Source: a bacterium (GTDB lineage: Bacteria > UBA8248). From it: a DNA stretch of 64,000 nucleotides. The translations under genes were made by a program, and so were the position numbers. Shown here piece by piece: positions 20,302-30,363 of this stretch. The stretch is from the NCBI GenBank assembly GCA_965221165.1, contig CBDCRP010000003.1:32001-96000 (forward strand). Reading direction: 5' to 3'. The notes beneath the pieces are model-generated. The model worked only from the letters and a program-made list of their open reading frames with translations. It ran no database searches and was not told the DNA's origin. Every line of letters starts with the position of its first letter. Within the stretch, counting starts at the first letter, position 1.

Positions 20302-21069
20302 GTGGTCGCCATCCTGATCGGCTGCTATCTCGTTGCGGCGCTCACGCACCTGTATCTGCTCTTCACGGGCAGGTCCGCAGGCGTCGTCTACGGGGTCGGC
20401 GCGCTGCTCGTGGGATTTGCGCTTCATACCCTCATGCTGGGGGTGAGCTTCGCCTCCGGCACGCCCGAGGGCTGGGGGCCGTGGCTGAGCGGCATGGCGT
20501 GGGTGATCATCCTGATGTACCTGATCGTCTATGCGCGCTACCGCGATATCGCCCTCGGTGGTTTCGCCGTGCCTACGGCGTTCATTCTCGAGGGATACGC
20601 ATCGGCCTTTCCCGGCGTGTGGGGTGCGGGTTCGAGCGCCGTACAGGGTTATTTGCTGAAAGGCCACGCCGTGCTCGCGCTGCTGAGCTCAGGCGCGTTT
20701 TTTCTGCTCTTCGCCTCTGCGCTGATGTATCTCGTGCAATCCCAACAACTCAAATCAAGACGTCCCAGCGCCTGGCTGCACCGTCTGCCCTCGCTCGATA
20801 TTCTGGACGACCTGAACCACAAGATTCTCTATTTCGGCTTCGCGTTCCTGACGGCGAGCCTGCTGCTCGGCTCGATGTGGGCGAAATCGCGCCACGGCGC
20901 CTACTGGAGCCTCGACCCGGTGCGCACCTGGCCGCTGATACTCATCTGGGGCGCGTACGGTCTCCTGCTCTTCTGCCGGCTCACCAGAAGCTGGAAGGGA
21001 AAGCGCTCCGCCGTTTTCTCGATGGTGGCCTTCTTCGCCGCGCTCCTCGCGCTGGTCGTCCATTTCTAG
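20302..21069 (+). CDS. CcsA/HemX-like cytochrome c assembly family membrane protein (start uncertain, 20167-20302)
   Basis: Multiple TM helices, LPSLDILDDLN, WWD-like domain GSMWAK...YWSLDP; first gene of the hem operon. Confidence 0.8.
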   Translation: MVAILIGCYLVAALTHLYLLFTGRSAGVVYGVGALLVGFALHTLMLGVSFASGTPEGWGPWLSGMAWVIILMYLIVYARYRDIALGGFAVPTAFILEGYASAFPGVWGAGSSAVQGYLLKGHAVLALLSSGAFFLLFASALMYLVQSQQLKSRRPSAWLHRLPSLDILDDLNHKILYFGFAFLTASLLLGSMWAKSRHGAYWSLDPVRTWPLILIWGAYGLLLFCRLTRSWKGKRSAVFSMVAFFAALLALVVHF

Positions 21070-21083
21070 GGGCGCGGAAGAAT

Positions 21084-22394
21084 ATGTCCATCATTCTCGC
21101 CGGCGTGAGCCACCACAACACGCCGCTCAGCATTCGAGAGCGCCTCTATTTCCCCGAAGGAAACATGAGCGAATGGCTCGACAGGCTGGCCGGCTACAAC
21201 GGGCTCGATGAGCGGCTCATCCTCTCGACGTGCAACCGGGTGGAAGTCTACAGCGCAGTGGATGATCTGGAACAGGGACTCGATGCGATTCATCGCTTTT
21301 TCCTGGAATCACGCGACGTCGGCCGAGAAGAGTTGAACGCCCATCTCTACGTTCACCGCGAGGCCGAAGCCACCCGGCATCTGTTCACCGTGGCGTCGAG
21401 CCTCGATTCCATGGTGGTGGGTGAGCCGCAGATTCTGGGCCAGGTGAAAGAAGCCTACCGGGTCGCCCATGCCTCGGGCCACGCCGGAAAGGCGCTCACG
21501 AACCTCTTCTCCCGCGCGTTTCGGGTGGCGAAAAAGATTCGCGAGCAGACGCCGATAGGCGAGTCGCCGGTGTCGGTGAGTTCCGTCGCCGTGGATTTGG
21601 CCAAAAGAATTTTTGGTTCGCTTGCGGGCAAGAACGTGCTCTTGCTGGGCGCGGGCGAGATGGGCGAGGCGGCGGCGAGGCATCTCAAGGCGAGCGGGGC
21701 CGACACCCTCCAGGTAGCGAACAGGACGCTCGCGCGCGCCCAGGAGTTGGCCGCAAAACTCGGGGGACTTGCGTTAAGTTTCGATAATCTGGAAGGAGCC
21801 CTCATCGACGCCGACGTCGTCATCGCATCTACGGCCTCGCCGGGTTTCATTCTGGATAAGCCGACCGTGGCCGCTGCGCTGGAGCGCCGCCGCGACGCGC
21901 CGGTATTCCTCATCGACATCGCCGTGCCGAGAAACGTCGCGCCCGACGTGAACGAACTGGAAAACGCCTATCTCTACGACGTGGACGATCTGCAATCCGT
22001 CGCGGCGGACAACCTGCGGGACCGCGAGGAGGTGGCCCGCGACGCGCGCGCGATCCTCGAATGCGAGGTGCAGACCTATCTCGCCCGCCAGAAGGCGGAG
22101 GAACTCAGGCGCACCTTCGCGGCCATACGCTTCTTTGCGGAGTCGATGCGCCGGACGGAAGTCGAAAAAACCATTCCCCGCCTGCCTGAAATAGGTAAGG
22201 GAGGCCGTGATGCGCTCGACGCCATGACGAAGGCGCTGGTCAACAAGCTTCTCCACCATCCCTTCGCCGTCCTGCGCCGGATGGCGGAAGAAGACGTGGA
22301 GGACATTTCCATTGAATCCGTCCAGAAACTCTTCGGCGTGGAGCCAGAAGGCGATGAGAACCCGCCCGGCCCGCCGCCGGATGAATCGGTCTGA
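21084..22394 (+). CDS. hemA: Glutamyl-tRNA reductase
   Basis: STCNRVE, SMVVGEPQILGQVK, GAGEM, DIAVPRN; real start MSIILAG at 21084. Confidence 0.95.
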   Translation: MSIILAGVSHHNTPLSIRERLYFPEGNMSEWLDRLAGYNGLDERLILSTCNRVEVYSAVDDLEQGLDAIHRFFLESRDVGREELNAHLYVHREAEATRHLFTVASSLDSMVVGEPQILGQVKEAYRVAHASGHAGKALTNLFSRAFRVAKKIREQTPIGESPVSVSSVAVDLAKRIFGSLAGKNVLLLGAGEMGEAAARHLKASGADTLQVANRTLARAQELAAKLGGLALSFDNLEGALIDADVVIASTASPGFILDKPTVAAALERRRDAPVFLIDIAVPRNVAPDVNELENAYLYDVDDLQSVAADNLRDREEVARDARAILECEVQTYLARQKAEELRRTFAAIRFFAESMRRTEVEKTIPRLPEIGKGGRDALDAMTKALVNKLLHHPFAVLRRMAEEDVEDISIESVQKLFGVEPEGDENPPGPPPDESV

Positions 22395-22397
22395 GGG

Positions 22398-23318
22398 ATG
22401 AACGACACGCTGCGACTCGGCACACGGGGCAGCGCGCTGGCGCGCGCGCAGACGGCCGGTATAGCCACGCAACTGAAGGTGTTGAATCCGGGCCTCGAGG
22501 TGGAGGAAATCATCGTCCGCACGCGGGGAGACGCCATGCTCGGCTCCCCGATTCACGAACTGGGCGGCAAGGGCCTGTTCGTCAAGGAGATCGAAGACGC
22601 TCTGCTACAAGGCGGAATCGACGCCGCCGTCCATAGCCTGAAAGACCTGCCTAGTGAACTGCCTGAAGGGCTCATTCTCGCCGTGATCCCCGCGCGGGAG
22701 GAACCCTGGGATGCTCTGGTCTCGCGGGGCGGCGAATCGGTGCGCGGCCTGGCGCCCGGCAGTCGAATCGGCACGAGCAGCCTGAGGAGAATCGCGCAGC
22801 TCAGGCGCTTCCGGCGTGATCTGAAAATCGTGGAGTTGCGCGGAAACGTGGATACGCGCCTCGAAAAAGTGGCGGCGGGCGAGGTGGAGGCCGCCATACT
22901 CGCCCTGGCGGGTCTCAAGCGGCTGGGGCTCGAGGAGCGGGCGACGGAGACGCTCGCGCCCGAACTCATGCTCCCCGCCGCGGGACAGGGCGCGCTTGCT
23001 ATCGAAACGAGAGCCGATGATGCGGCCACGCGCCGTCTGATGGGAGGGCTGGATCACCTGGAGACGAAACGGGCCGTGATGGCCGAGCGGGTCGTGATGG
23101 CGCGTTTGGAGGGCGGGTGCCAGTTGCCCCTGGCTATCTTCGCGGAAATTCGCAAGAGCGAATTCCATATCAAAGCCCGTCTCGCGAGCGTCGACGGCGG
23201 GCGGATGGTGGAGCGAGAACGAGCGGGCCCGCCCGATAACGCCATGAGCATGGCCGAAGAGGTGGCCGAGGAGGTTCTCGCCCATGGCGGGGCGGAGATA
23301 CTGAGAGACGCGCGATGA
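22398..23318 (+). CDS. hemC: Hydroxymethylbilane synthase (porphobilinogen deaminase)
   Basis: GTRGSALA, GKGLFVKE, VHSLKD, GTSSLRR, RGNVDTR, GGCQLP. Confidence 0.95.
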   Translation: MNDTLRLGTRGSALARAQTAGIATQLKVLNPGLEVEEIIVRTRGDAMLGSPIHELGGKGLFVKEIEDALLQGGIDAAVHSLKDLPSELPEGLILAVIPAREEPWDALVSRGGESVRGLAPGSRIGTSSLRRIAQLRRFRRDLKIVELRGNVDTRLEKVAAGEVEAAILALAGLKRLGLEERATETLAPELMLPAAGQGALAIETRADDAATRRLMGGLDHLETKRAVMAERVVMARLEGGCQLPLAIFAEIRKSEFHIKARLASVDGGRMVERERAGPPDNAMSMAEEVAEEVLAHGGAEILRDAR

Positions 23319-24175
23319 GCGAGGTCATGAACGAGGACAGGGATGGACGCCCCCTTGCGGGCAGGCGAATTCTCGTTACGCGCCCTGATGAAGGGGCATC
23401 GCGCATGGGCGAGATGCTCGCGGACCTGGGCGCCTGCGTGCTCCTTGCGCCCATGATACGAATTACGGAACCTGAGGATTGGACGCCGGTGGATGCGGCG
23501 ATCCGCGCGCTGGATAAGTATCAATGGATAATTTTCACGAGCCCGAACGGGCCGAAATTTCTGGTGAAAAGGCTTGATGATCTGGGCGTCGCCCCTGAGG
23601 TGATCTCCATCAAAACTTCCATTCTGGCCGTCGGACCCGCCACGGCCGCAGCGGTGGAAAAACATCTGCGAAGAACACCCGAGAAGGTGGCCGGAAAATA
23701 TGTGGCCGAGGGCGTCGTCGCGCTGTTCGAAGGCCGGGATATGGCGGGAGAACGCGTTTTGCTGCCCCGGGCGAAAGAGGGGCGCGACGCCATCCCGCAG
23801 GCGCTTTTGAAAATGGGGGCCATCCTGGATGACGTGGCCGTTTACCGGACAACGCCTTTGGGACGTGAAGCGCTGCGCGAGGCGTGGGGAGAGCTTGAGG
23901 CCGGAAAAATTGATATGCTTACCTTCACGAGTTCCTCGGCGTTCGATGGCTTCATGAGGGCGGCGGGCGAGGAGAGGGCGAAGGGATGGATGAGGCGCGC
24001 GCGCGTGGCCACCATCGGGCCAGTGACCGCCGCCACGGCGCGCATATGGGGGGTCGCGCCGGATGTGGAGGCCGCCGAATCGACGATTCCCGGCATGGCG
24101 CGGGCCATCGTCTCGTTTTATCGGGAACAAGAGACGGCGAACGATACGCAGAAAACGGAGGATGAAATTTCATGA
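23315..24175 (+). CDS. hemD: Uroporphyrinogen-III synthase
   Basis: ILVTRP, FTSPNG, VGPAT, VYRT, FTSSS; position in the operon. Confidence 0.92.
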   Translation: MSEVMNEDRDGRPLAGRRILVTRPDEGASRMGEMLADLGACVLLAPMIRITEPEDWTPVDAAIRALDKYQWIIFTSPNGPKFLVKRLDDLGVAPEVISIKTSILAVGPATAAAVEKHLRRTPEKVAGKYVAEGVVALFEGRDMAGERVLLPRAKEGRDAIPQALLKMGAILDDVAVYRTTPLGREALREAWGELEAGKIDMLTFTSSSAFDGFMRAAGEERAKGWMRRARVATIGPVTAATARIWGVAPDVEAAESTIPGMARAIVSFYREQETANDTQKTEDEIS

Positions 24176-25209
24176 TGCCTGACGACAATTTAATACTCTC
24201 GGCTCTCGCGGGCGAGGTGAGAAACCGCACGAGGCGAACGCGGGAGACGGCCGCCATGCGGCGCATGGTGCGCGAGACGAGACTTTCCGTGGATAACCTC
24301 ATCTACCCGATGTTCGTGGTCGAGGGAGAGGACATCAAGCGGGAAATTTCCTCGATGCCCGGACAATACCAGCTCTCCGTCGACCGGCTCGTGGCGGATT
24401 GCGCGGAAATAGCCGCTCTCGACATACCGGGCGTCATCCTGTTCGGCATTCCCGATCATAAGGACGACCTCGCGAGCGGGGCTTACGCGGAAGACGGAGT
24501 CGTCCAAAACGCGGTGCGCGCGCTCAAGGAAGCCTACCCCGAGCTTTGCGTCATCACGGATGTTTGTCTTTGCGAATATATGGATCACGGCCATTGCGGC
24601 ATCATCGAGGGCGAGAAGATACTGAACGACCCCACACTCGAGCTTCTCGACCAGACGGCGGTGAGCCACGCGGAGGCGGGCGCCGACATCATCGCCCCAT
24701 CGGACATGATGGATGGCCGCGTCGGCTCGATTCGCACGGCCTTAGACGCTGCGGGATTCACCCAGACGCCCATCATGGCTTATTCGGCGAAGTTCTCGAG
24801 CGCCTACTACGGGCCTTTCCGCGAGGCGGCGGAGAGCGCGCCCGCCTTCGGCGACAGGAGTTCCTACCAGATGGACCCGGCCAACGCGCGCGAGGCCATG
24901 CGCGAGATAGCCTTCGACATCGAGGAGGGGGCGGACATCATCATGGTGAAGCCGGCACTCGTCTATCTGGACGTCATCGCCCGGGCGCGCGAGATGATGG
25001 ACCTGCCCGTCGCCGCCTACAACGTATCGGGCGAGTTCGCCATGCTGGCGGCGGCGAGCCGCAACGGGTGGCTCGACCCCGAGCGCGCGTTCACCGAAAT
25101 GCTCACCTCCATCAAGCGAGCAGGGGCTGATATCATCCTCACATACTTCGCAAAAGACGCCGCCAGAAGACTCAAGGGCGACGCCGCCACGCCGCTCTCG
25201 TGGATGTAG
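24172..25209 (+). CDS. hemB: Porphobilinogen synthase (Zn-binding type)
   Basis: [39 protein letters not shown]. Confidence 0.95.
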   Translation: MMPDDNLILSALAGEVRNRTRRTRETAAMRRMVRETRLSVDNLIYPMFVVEGEDIKREISSMPGQYQLSVDRLVADCAEIAALDIPGVILFGIPDHKDDLASGAYAEDGVVQNAVRALKEAYPELCVITDVCLCEYMDHGHCGIIEGEKILNDPTLELLDQTAVSHAEAGADIIAPSDMMDGRVGSIRTALDAAGFTQTPIMAYSAKFSSAYYGPFREAAESAPAFGDRSSYQMDPANAREAMREIAFDIEEGADIIMVKPALVYLDVIARAREMMDLPVAAYNVSGEFAMLAAASRNGWLDPERAFTEMLTSIKRAGADIILTYFAKDAARRLKGDAATPLSWM

Positions 25210-25233
25210 GGGGCTTTCAAGAAAGTCGAAAAA

Positions 25234-25262
25234 TTGACATATTACGCGATGGAGTATACCTT
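25234..25262 (+). promoter_or_regulatory. Putative sigma70 promoter of the two-gene module
   Basis: TTGACA-N17-TACCTT. Confidence 0.45.
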
Positions 25263-25371
25263 CGATTCTTGAGTTGAATGGTCCGGGAGGGGTATCGAAC
25301 CTCACGAGTCGATGTTGGACTTCTGCTTTTCGCCTCGGCGTATTCGCCTCACAGAAAGAAATGGTGACGGA

Positions 25372-25575
25372 ATGGGCAAGAAAAAGAAAAAGACGGAACA
25401 AAAAGTGATTGTGTATCGCTCGGGGGTTTTGAACCACGCCGACGCGGATAGATTCGAAAAGGCGTGCGAGGCATACCTCAAGAAAATATCGAAATCAAAA
25501 AAAGCCGCGAGGGAGGCTCTTGTCAGGTTGGGGACCCACACGCCCGACGGACAACTTACCGAACGATTCAGGTAG
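25372..25575 (+). CDS. Small basic hypothetical protein, candidate antitoxin
   Basis: 67 aa, Lys-rich, ends SKKAAREALVRLGTHTPDGQLTERFR; stop lies 3 nt before the next gene. Confidence 0.65.
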   Translation: MGKKKKKTEQKVIVYRSGVLNHADADRFEKACEAYLKKISKSKKAAREALVRLGTHTPDGQLTERFR

Positions 25576-25578
25576 AAA

Positions 25579-26166
25579 TTGCACCGACTAACGACGACTT
25601 TCGTGCTTGGATATCACGGGTGTGACGAGGCCGTGGCCGAGCGACTTATCTCCGGCGAACCATTTCAAAAAAGCATAAACGATTACGACTGGCTCGGTCC
25701 CGGAATCTATTTCTGGGAAGCCAACCCGCTCCGTGGGCTCGAATTCGCGGCTGAACTGCAGAACGCCCCCTGGGGTTCCGATATTACGACTCCTGCGGTT
25801 GTCGGGGCGATTATCGACCTCGGATTTTGCCTTGATTTGACGACGGCGGCGGGTATCCGGCAGGTTCGGGCCGCGCACGCGAGTTACATTTCAAACTGTG
25901 AACAAACAGGGGACGTAATCCCCCAAAACTCAGCGGATGCGAATTATCTTCGTCGTCAGTTGGATTGCGCAGTATTCACGCAGTTACATCAAATTCGCGA
26001 AGATGACGAAGATCAGCCCATAGACACCGTGCGCGGGGTCTTCGTGGAAGGCGAGCCGGCATATGAAGGGGCCGGTTTCCGCGCGAGAACCCATATCCAG
26101 ATATGCGTCTGCAATACCTACAGCATCAAAGGCTTGTTCCGGGTGCCCAAAGATCAACTGTTGTAG
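25579..26166 (+). CDS. ADP-ribosyltransferase-fold (HYE-clade/DUF3990-like) hypothetical protein
   Basis: GYHGC...DWLGPGIYFWE...HIQICV pattern resembles the H-Y-(E/Q) strands of ARTs; TTG start. Confidence 0.6.
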   Translation: MHRLTTTFVLGYHGCDEAVAERLISGEPFQKSINDYDWLGPGIYFWEANPLRGLEFAAELQNAPWGSDITTPAVVGAIIDLGFCLDLTTAAGIRQVRAAHASYISNCEQTGDVIPQNSADANYLRRQLDCAVFTQLHQIREDDEDQPIDTVRGVFVEGEPAYEGAGFRARTHIQICVCNTYSIKGLFRVPKDQLL

Positions 26167-26425
26167 CGGCGTTCAACCCGACTCACCATCACCCCTTCTC
26201 ACGGCACTATCCAAAGCAAAAAATACTTGTTCTCGCACGGCGGATTTGACTTGTAGGAGCACGGATGAAACGTGAAGGCTTCCATCTGGAGCTTTCATGC
26301 TCATCTCACCCTCCACACGCACTCCCCTTGCGCTTCGCTTCGCCTTGGCGTTATGTTGAGGGCAAGAGAAAAAGATAAAACTGAAATTTTGTTTTCCTTA
26401 CATTTGAACCGGGAGGAATAGGGGA

Positions 26426-27616
26426 ATGTCGGATAAGGATATCGTTTTTCTGGGCGGAGCGCGGACGCCGTTCGGCGCTTTTCTGGGCGCCTTGAAGGAG
26501 ATGTCGGCCACGGAGCTGGGCGCGCTGGCGGCGAAAGAGGCGATGACGCGCGCAGGCGTTACGCCCGAGGATATCGACCACACCGTGGTGGGCAACGTCA
26601 TCCAGTCGAACTCGGACGGCGTCTACATCGGAAGGCACGTCGCGCTGGCGGCGGGCGTCCCGCTGGACAGGCCCGGCTACTGCGTGAACCGCATGTGCGC
26701 CTCGGGCTTTCAGGCGGTGGTGAGCGGGGCGAAGGAGATTATGACCGAAGACGCCGACGTGGTGCTCGCCGTGGGGGCGGAGAACATGAGCCTGACGCCG
26801 CACGTGATCAGAAATTCCAGAACCGGCATGAAACTCTTTCAGGCCCCGATGGAGGACGGCCTCTACACGGCGCTCACCGACACGCACGCCAACGTGCCCA
26901 TGGGCATCACGGCGGAGAATCTGGCGGATAAATACGACCTGCACCGCGAGGCGGTGGATGAGTTCGCAGCTTTAAGTCAGGCGCGCACACACGATGCGTG
27001 GGAGAGCGGACGGCTGGCGGAGGAATGTTTCGCCGTCGAGGTGAAAGAGCGCAGAAAGACGATTACTTTCGATCGCGACGAGCACCCACGTGCGGATTCG
27101 AACGAGGAATCGCTCGCGAGGCTCAGGCCCGCATTCAAGGAAGACGGCGTGGTGACGGCGGGCAACGCGAGCGGCATCAACGACGGGGCGGCGGCGCTCG
27201 TGATTTCCTCGCGCGCGGCGGCGGAGCGTTTAGGGCGCAAACCCATCGGGCGGCTCGTCTCCTGGGGCGTTTCGGGGTGTGATCCCAAAATCATGGGCAT
27301 CGGCCCGGCGGAGAGCAGCCGCATCGCGCTCAGGAAAGCGGGTTTACAACTCGACGACATGGATTTACTCGAGATAAACGAGGCGTTCTCCGCCCAGTAT
27401 CTCGCGGTGGAAAAAGATCTGGGCCTGGACCGTGAGAAGACGAACGTGAACGGCGGCGCCATCGCCATCGGCCATCCCGTGGGCGCAAGCGGAGCGCGGC
27501 TCACCCTCACGATACTGCATGAGTTAAGACGCCGGGGCGGGAAGTACGGTCTGGCGGGCGCCTGCATCGGCGGCGGCATGGGCCTCTCGGTGATCGTCGA
27601 GGCGTATGGGGATTAG
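26426..27616 (+). CDS. Acetyl-CoA C-acyltransferase (thiolase)
   Basis: NRMCASG, NEAF, GHPVGASG, CIGGGMG. Confidence 0.95.
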   Translation: MSDKDIVFLGGARTPFGAFLGALKEMSATELGALAAKEAMTRAGVTPEDIDHTVVGNVIQSNSDGVYIGRHVALAAGVPLDRPGYCVNRMCASGFQAVVSGAKEIMTEDADVVLAVGAENMSLTPHVIRNSRTGMKLFQAPMEDGLYTALTDTHANVPMGITAENLADKYDLHREAVDEFAALSQARTHDAWESGRLAEECFAVEVKERRKTITFDRDEHPRADSNEESLARLRPAFKEDGVVTAGNASGINDGAAALVISSRAAAERLGRKPIGRLVSWGVSGCDPKIMGIGPAESSRIALRKAGLQLDDMDLLEINEAFSAQYLAVEKDLGLDREKTNVNGGAIAIGHPVGASGARLTLTILHELRRRGGKYGLAGACIGGGMGLSVIVEAYGD

Positions 27617-27649
27617 GGTTTCTCGACAAGGAGCGTTCCAGTACCCGGC

Positions 27650-27698
27650 GTAGGTGGAGCGGGGGAGTTTCAGAGGATGAAAACCCCGCTTCGTTTAC
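27650..27698 (+). other. Long GU-rich hairpin downstream of thiolase (terminator/stabiliser or REP-like)
   Basis: GTAGGTGGAGCGGGG pairs with CCCCGCTTCGTTTAC using several G-U pairs; inner TTTCA/TGAAA. Confidence 0.45.
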
Positions 27699-27742
27699 CT
27701 TGCCTTGGGCGCGATAGAGTTGATTTAAGGGGCGGATCAAAC

Positions 27743-27782
27743 CTGAAAAATTCGATAAATATCGATAAAATACGATAAATTA
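27743..27782. promoter_or_regulatory. Operator-like element with 10-bp-phased CGATAAA repeats (copy 1)
   Basis: CGATAAA at 27753, 27763, 27773; 27 bp identical to 57000-57026. Confidence 0.6.
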
Positions 27783-27844
27783 GCGGGGTTTTTCCGTAAA
27801 TTTATTTTGGTGAATACAGACTTGAGGAATAGGACGATAAACCA

Positions 27845-28627
27845 TTGAATTATAACAATTTGATATATGAAACGGACGGGCCGATCGCCATTTGCACGTT
27901 CAACCGTCCTAAAGCATTAAATGCTTTGAATACAGAGACGATGGATGAGTTTTCTCATGTGATATCTACTTTTAAAGATGATAATGGTCTGAAAATATTG
28001 ATATTAACGGGTTCAGGTGATCGGGCTTTCATCGCAGGGGCGGACATCAAGGGCATGGTGGGCCGAAGTCCACTCAGCGCAAAGTGGCTCTCGGAACACG
28101 GTACGAAAATCTTGAGAAACCTGGAAACCATTGGAAAACCTTCGATTGCGGCGGTGAACGGATTCGCCCTGGGGGGCGGCTGCGAGGTGGCGATGGCATG
28201 CTCCATTCGGTTGGCGTCGACGAACGCGCTCTTCGGCCAGCCGGAGATAAATCTGGGGATTATCCCCGGCTACGGCGCTACCCAACGACTTCCTCGGCTC
28301 GTCGGAGCGGGGAGGGCCCTTGAGATTATGATGACTGGTGATCCGGTAAACGCTGAGGAAGCCCACCGCATCGGCTTGGTGAATAAGGTTTGCGAGCCGG
28401 ACGCCCTGATGGATGAGGCGAAAGCGCTGGCTGGAAAGCTGGCGTCCAAGAGCAAACCTGCTATTGAACTGATTTTACAGGCCGTTCACGGTGGACTGGA
28501 GGGCGGCCTCGAGGAAGGTCTGACACTCGAAACCGAGAAATTCGCCTTGGTGAACAGCACGGAAGATTCACAGGAAGGCCTCGGCGCATTCATCGAGAAA
28601 CGTCGCGCCGATTTCCAGGATCGCTAA
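27845..28627 (+). CDS. Enoyl-CoA hydratase (crotonase)
   Basis: NRPKALNALN, AFIAGADI, GFALGGGCE, GQPEINLGIIPG. Confidence 0.93.
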   Translation: MNYNNLIYETDGPIAICTFNRPKALNALNTETMDEFSHVISTFKDDNGLKILILTGSGDRAFIAGADIKGMVGRSPLSAKWLSEHGTKILRNLETIGKPSIAAVNGFALGGGCEVAMACSIRLASTNALFGQPEINLGIIPGYGATQRLPRLVGAGRALEIMMTGDPVNAEEAHRIGLVNKVCEPDALMDEAKALAGKLASKSKPAIELILQAVHGGLEGGLEEGLTLETEKFALVNSTEDSQEGLGAFIEKRRADFQDR

Positions 28628-28651
28628 TCCCGCCTCACCGAAGGCTCATCC

Positions 28652-29116
28652 ATGAAACGGATAAAGCCATTAAAAATAAAAGGGAAGAAAGGCGGCCGCA
28701 TCTGGAAAGTATCTGCGCCAAAGGGCCGAAAGCAAGACGGCCCCGAACTCATCCCGATGCACAAGACGAAAAAAGAGCGCCGCCTGGATGAAATCCAGAG
28801 GTGGATGGACGAGAACCTGCCTCCCGCCGGCACGCCCGAGTGGGAAGCGCTCTGCACTGGCTGCGGAAAGTGTTGTTACGACAAGGTGTGGGAGGGAGAC
28901 AGGCTGCTCTTGTTGACGAGCTCATGCCCGCAACTCGAAGTCGAGACGAACCACTGCCGAGTCTATGCCGATCGATTCGAGAAAGAGCCGATGTGCATGC
29001 CGATTGGCCCTGAAATCATCGAAATGGGCGCTCTTCCCGAGGATTGCCCCTACGTCGAGAATCTTCTGGGATATCGAGGTCCCAAAGTCGTCGACAAGAG
29101 CCTGGAGGAGATGTAG
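28652..29116 (+). CDS. YcgN/YkgJ-like cysteine cluster protein
   Basis: WEALCTGCGKCC (CxxCxxCC), CRVYADRF, LPEDCPY. Confidence 0.8.
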   Translation: MKRIKPLKIKGKKGGRIWKVSAPKGRKQDGPELIPMHKTKKERRLDEIQRWMDENLPPAGTPEWEALCTGCGKCCYDKVWEGDRLLLLTSSCPQLEVETNHCRVYADRFEKEPMCMPIGPEIIEMGALPEDCPYVENLLGYRGPKVVDKSLEEM

Positions 29117-29472
29117 CCGTCCCCCGGAGACTCGATTCATTGCCGGCCCACGCGGTTTTAGGTGCCGGCTCCTCCGAATCCCTCTCATCTCGAATCGCTA
29201 TCCATGCCGTTTCGTTCGTTTCATAGCGCCTGAAGCTATCCTGAAAGACGCATTCCGTGCCATAATCATTACTCCATATACTGCCTGTTAGGAAATCCTT
29301 TGGCGGAATTCTTCATCCACATTCTGAGTCGTTGCAAACCCCCTTTATCGCTCTCAACTTCGTTTTTTGAAATCCGGTGCCGTCTAAGGCGGATTATCGA
29401 CAGTACCGTGCGTATCCGGGGTCTCATGATGGAAGCATGGGGGAAATGAGTTTTTCATAAAAGGTCGACGTT

Positions 29473-30360
29473 TTGCTTGATGGCATTCATCCCAACATTT
29501 TAGCGCTCAGCTGCGCCACGCTCATCGCCTTCGCCCGTGTTTCGCAGCGCTATGCGATTCCGCGCATGAAAATGCACACGGCCAATCTGATTATGGCATG
29601 TGTGACGACCACTCTCGGTTGGTTTTTCTACTGGATGGAGGGTCCGCTCGATCAGATCCCCTACCAGGGTATTTTCTGGTTCATGGCCATGGGATTTTTC
29701 GGGAGTTTTTTAGGTAGATACATCAATTTCATCGCCATCCGCTATGCCGGTCTCGCGCGTGCGGCGGTGATGAACCAGACCGTTCTGGTGTGGTCGTCGG
29801 TTCTGGCCGTTTTTATACTGGGCGAACACATGTCGCTTCAGAAGGCGGGCGGAATTCTGGGCGTCATGTGCGGGGCGAGCCTGCTCGTCTACAACCCCAA
29901 GGGAGACATTGGACGCAGGATACCGCTTCATTATTATGCGATCCCCATCGCGTCCGCGCTGATGTACGCATTCGCGCATCTGGTGGGGAAGTTCGCGTTC
30001 GAGTGGATTTCCTCCTCCGCTTTCGGGATGGCGATAGCCAACTCGACATCGCTCACGCTCTTGCTGGGAATGTTGCCCTTCGCGCAAGGGCAAACAAACC
30101 CGGGCGCAGGCGGCGATAACAAAGGCCTTCTGGTCCTTCTCCTGGGCGCCGCACTGCAGGGGTGCGGTATTTTCTTCTTCTGGTCCTCGTTGAAACTCGG
30201 CGAGATCACCCGCGTGATTCCCTTAACCCGCCTGTCCGTCTTGTTGATCATCTTTCTGTCCTGGCTGTTGTTCCGGCAGCAGGAAAACGTGACATGGCGC
30301 GTCGTCCTGGGCGCGTTGATTGCTCTTGCGGGCGCTTTCTTTACCGTAACGGGAAGATAA
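29473..30360 (+). CDS. EamA/DMT family transporter
   Basis: About 10 TM helices in two repeats, ILGEH and FRQQE loops. Confidence 0.8.
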   Translation: MLDGIHPNILALSCATLIAFARVSQRYAIPRMKMHTANLIMACVTTTLGWFFYWMEGPLDQIPYQGIFWFMAMGFFGSFLGRYINFIAIRYAGLARAAVMNQTVLVWSSVLAVFILGEHMSLQKAGGILGVMCGASLLVYNPKGDIGRRIPLHYYAIPIASALMYAFAHLVGKFAFEWISSSAFGMAIANSTSLTLLLGMLPFAQGQTNPGAGGDNKGLLVLLLGAALQGCGIFFFWSSLKLGEITRVIPLTRLSVLLIIFLSWLLFRQQENVTWRVVLGALIALAGAFFTVTGR

Positions 30361-30363
30361 GCG

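Noticed and set aside
20481-21083. 201-aa N-terminal extension of HemA in the ORF track
   Set aside because: It overlaps the ccsA-like gene in another frame; HemA similarity starts at ATG 21084.
27743-27782. CRISPR or replication-origin (DnaA box/iteron) reading of the CGATAAA repeats
   Set aside because: No spacers or cas genes, no TTATCCACA boxes and no rep gene; both copies are in ordinary promoter regions.
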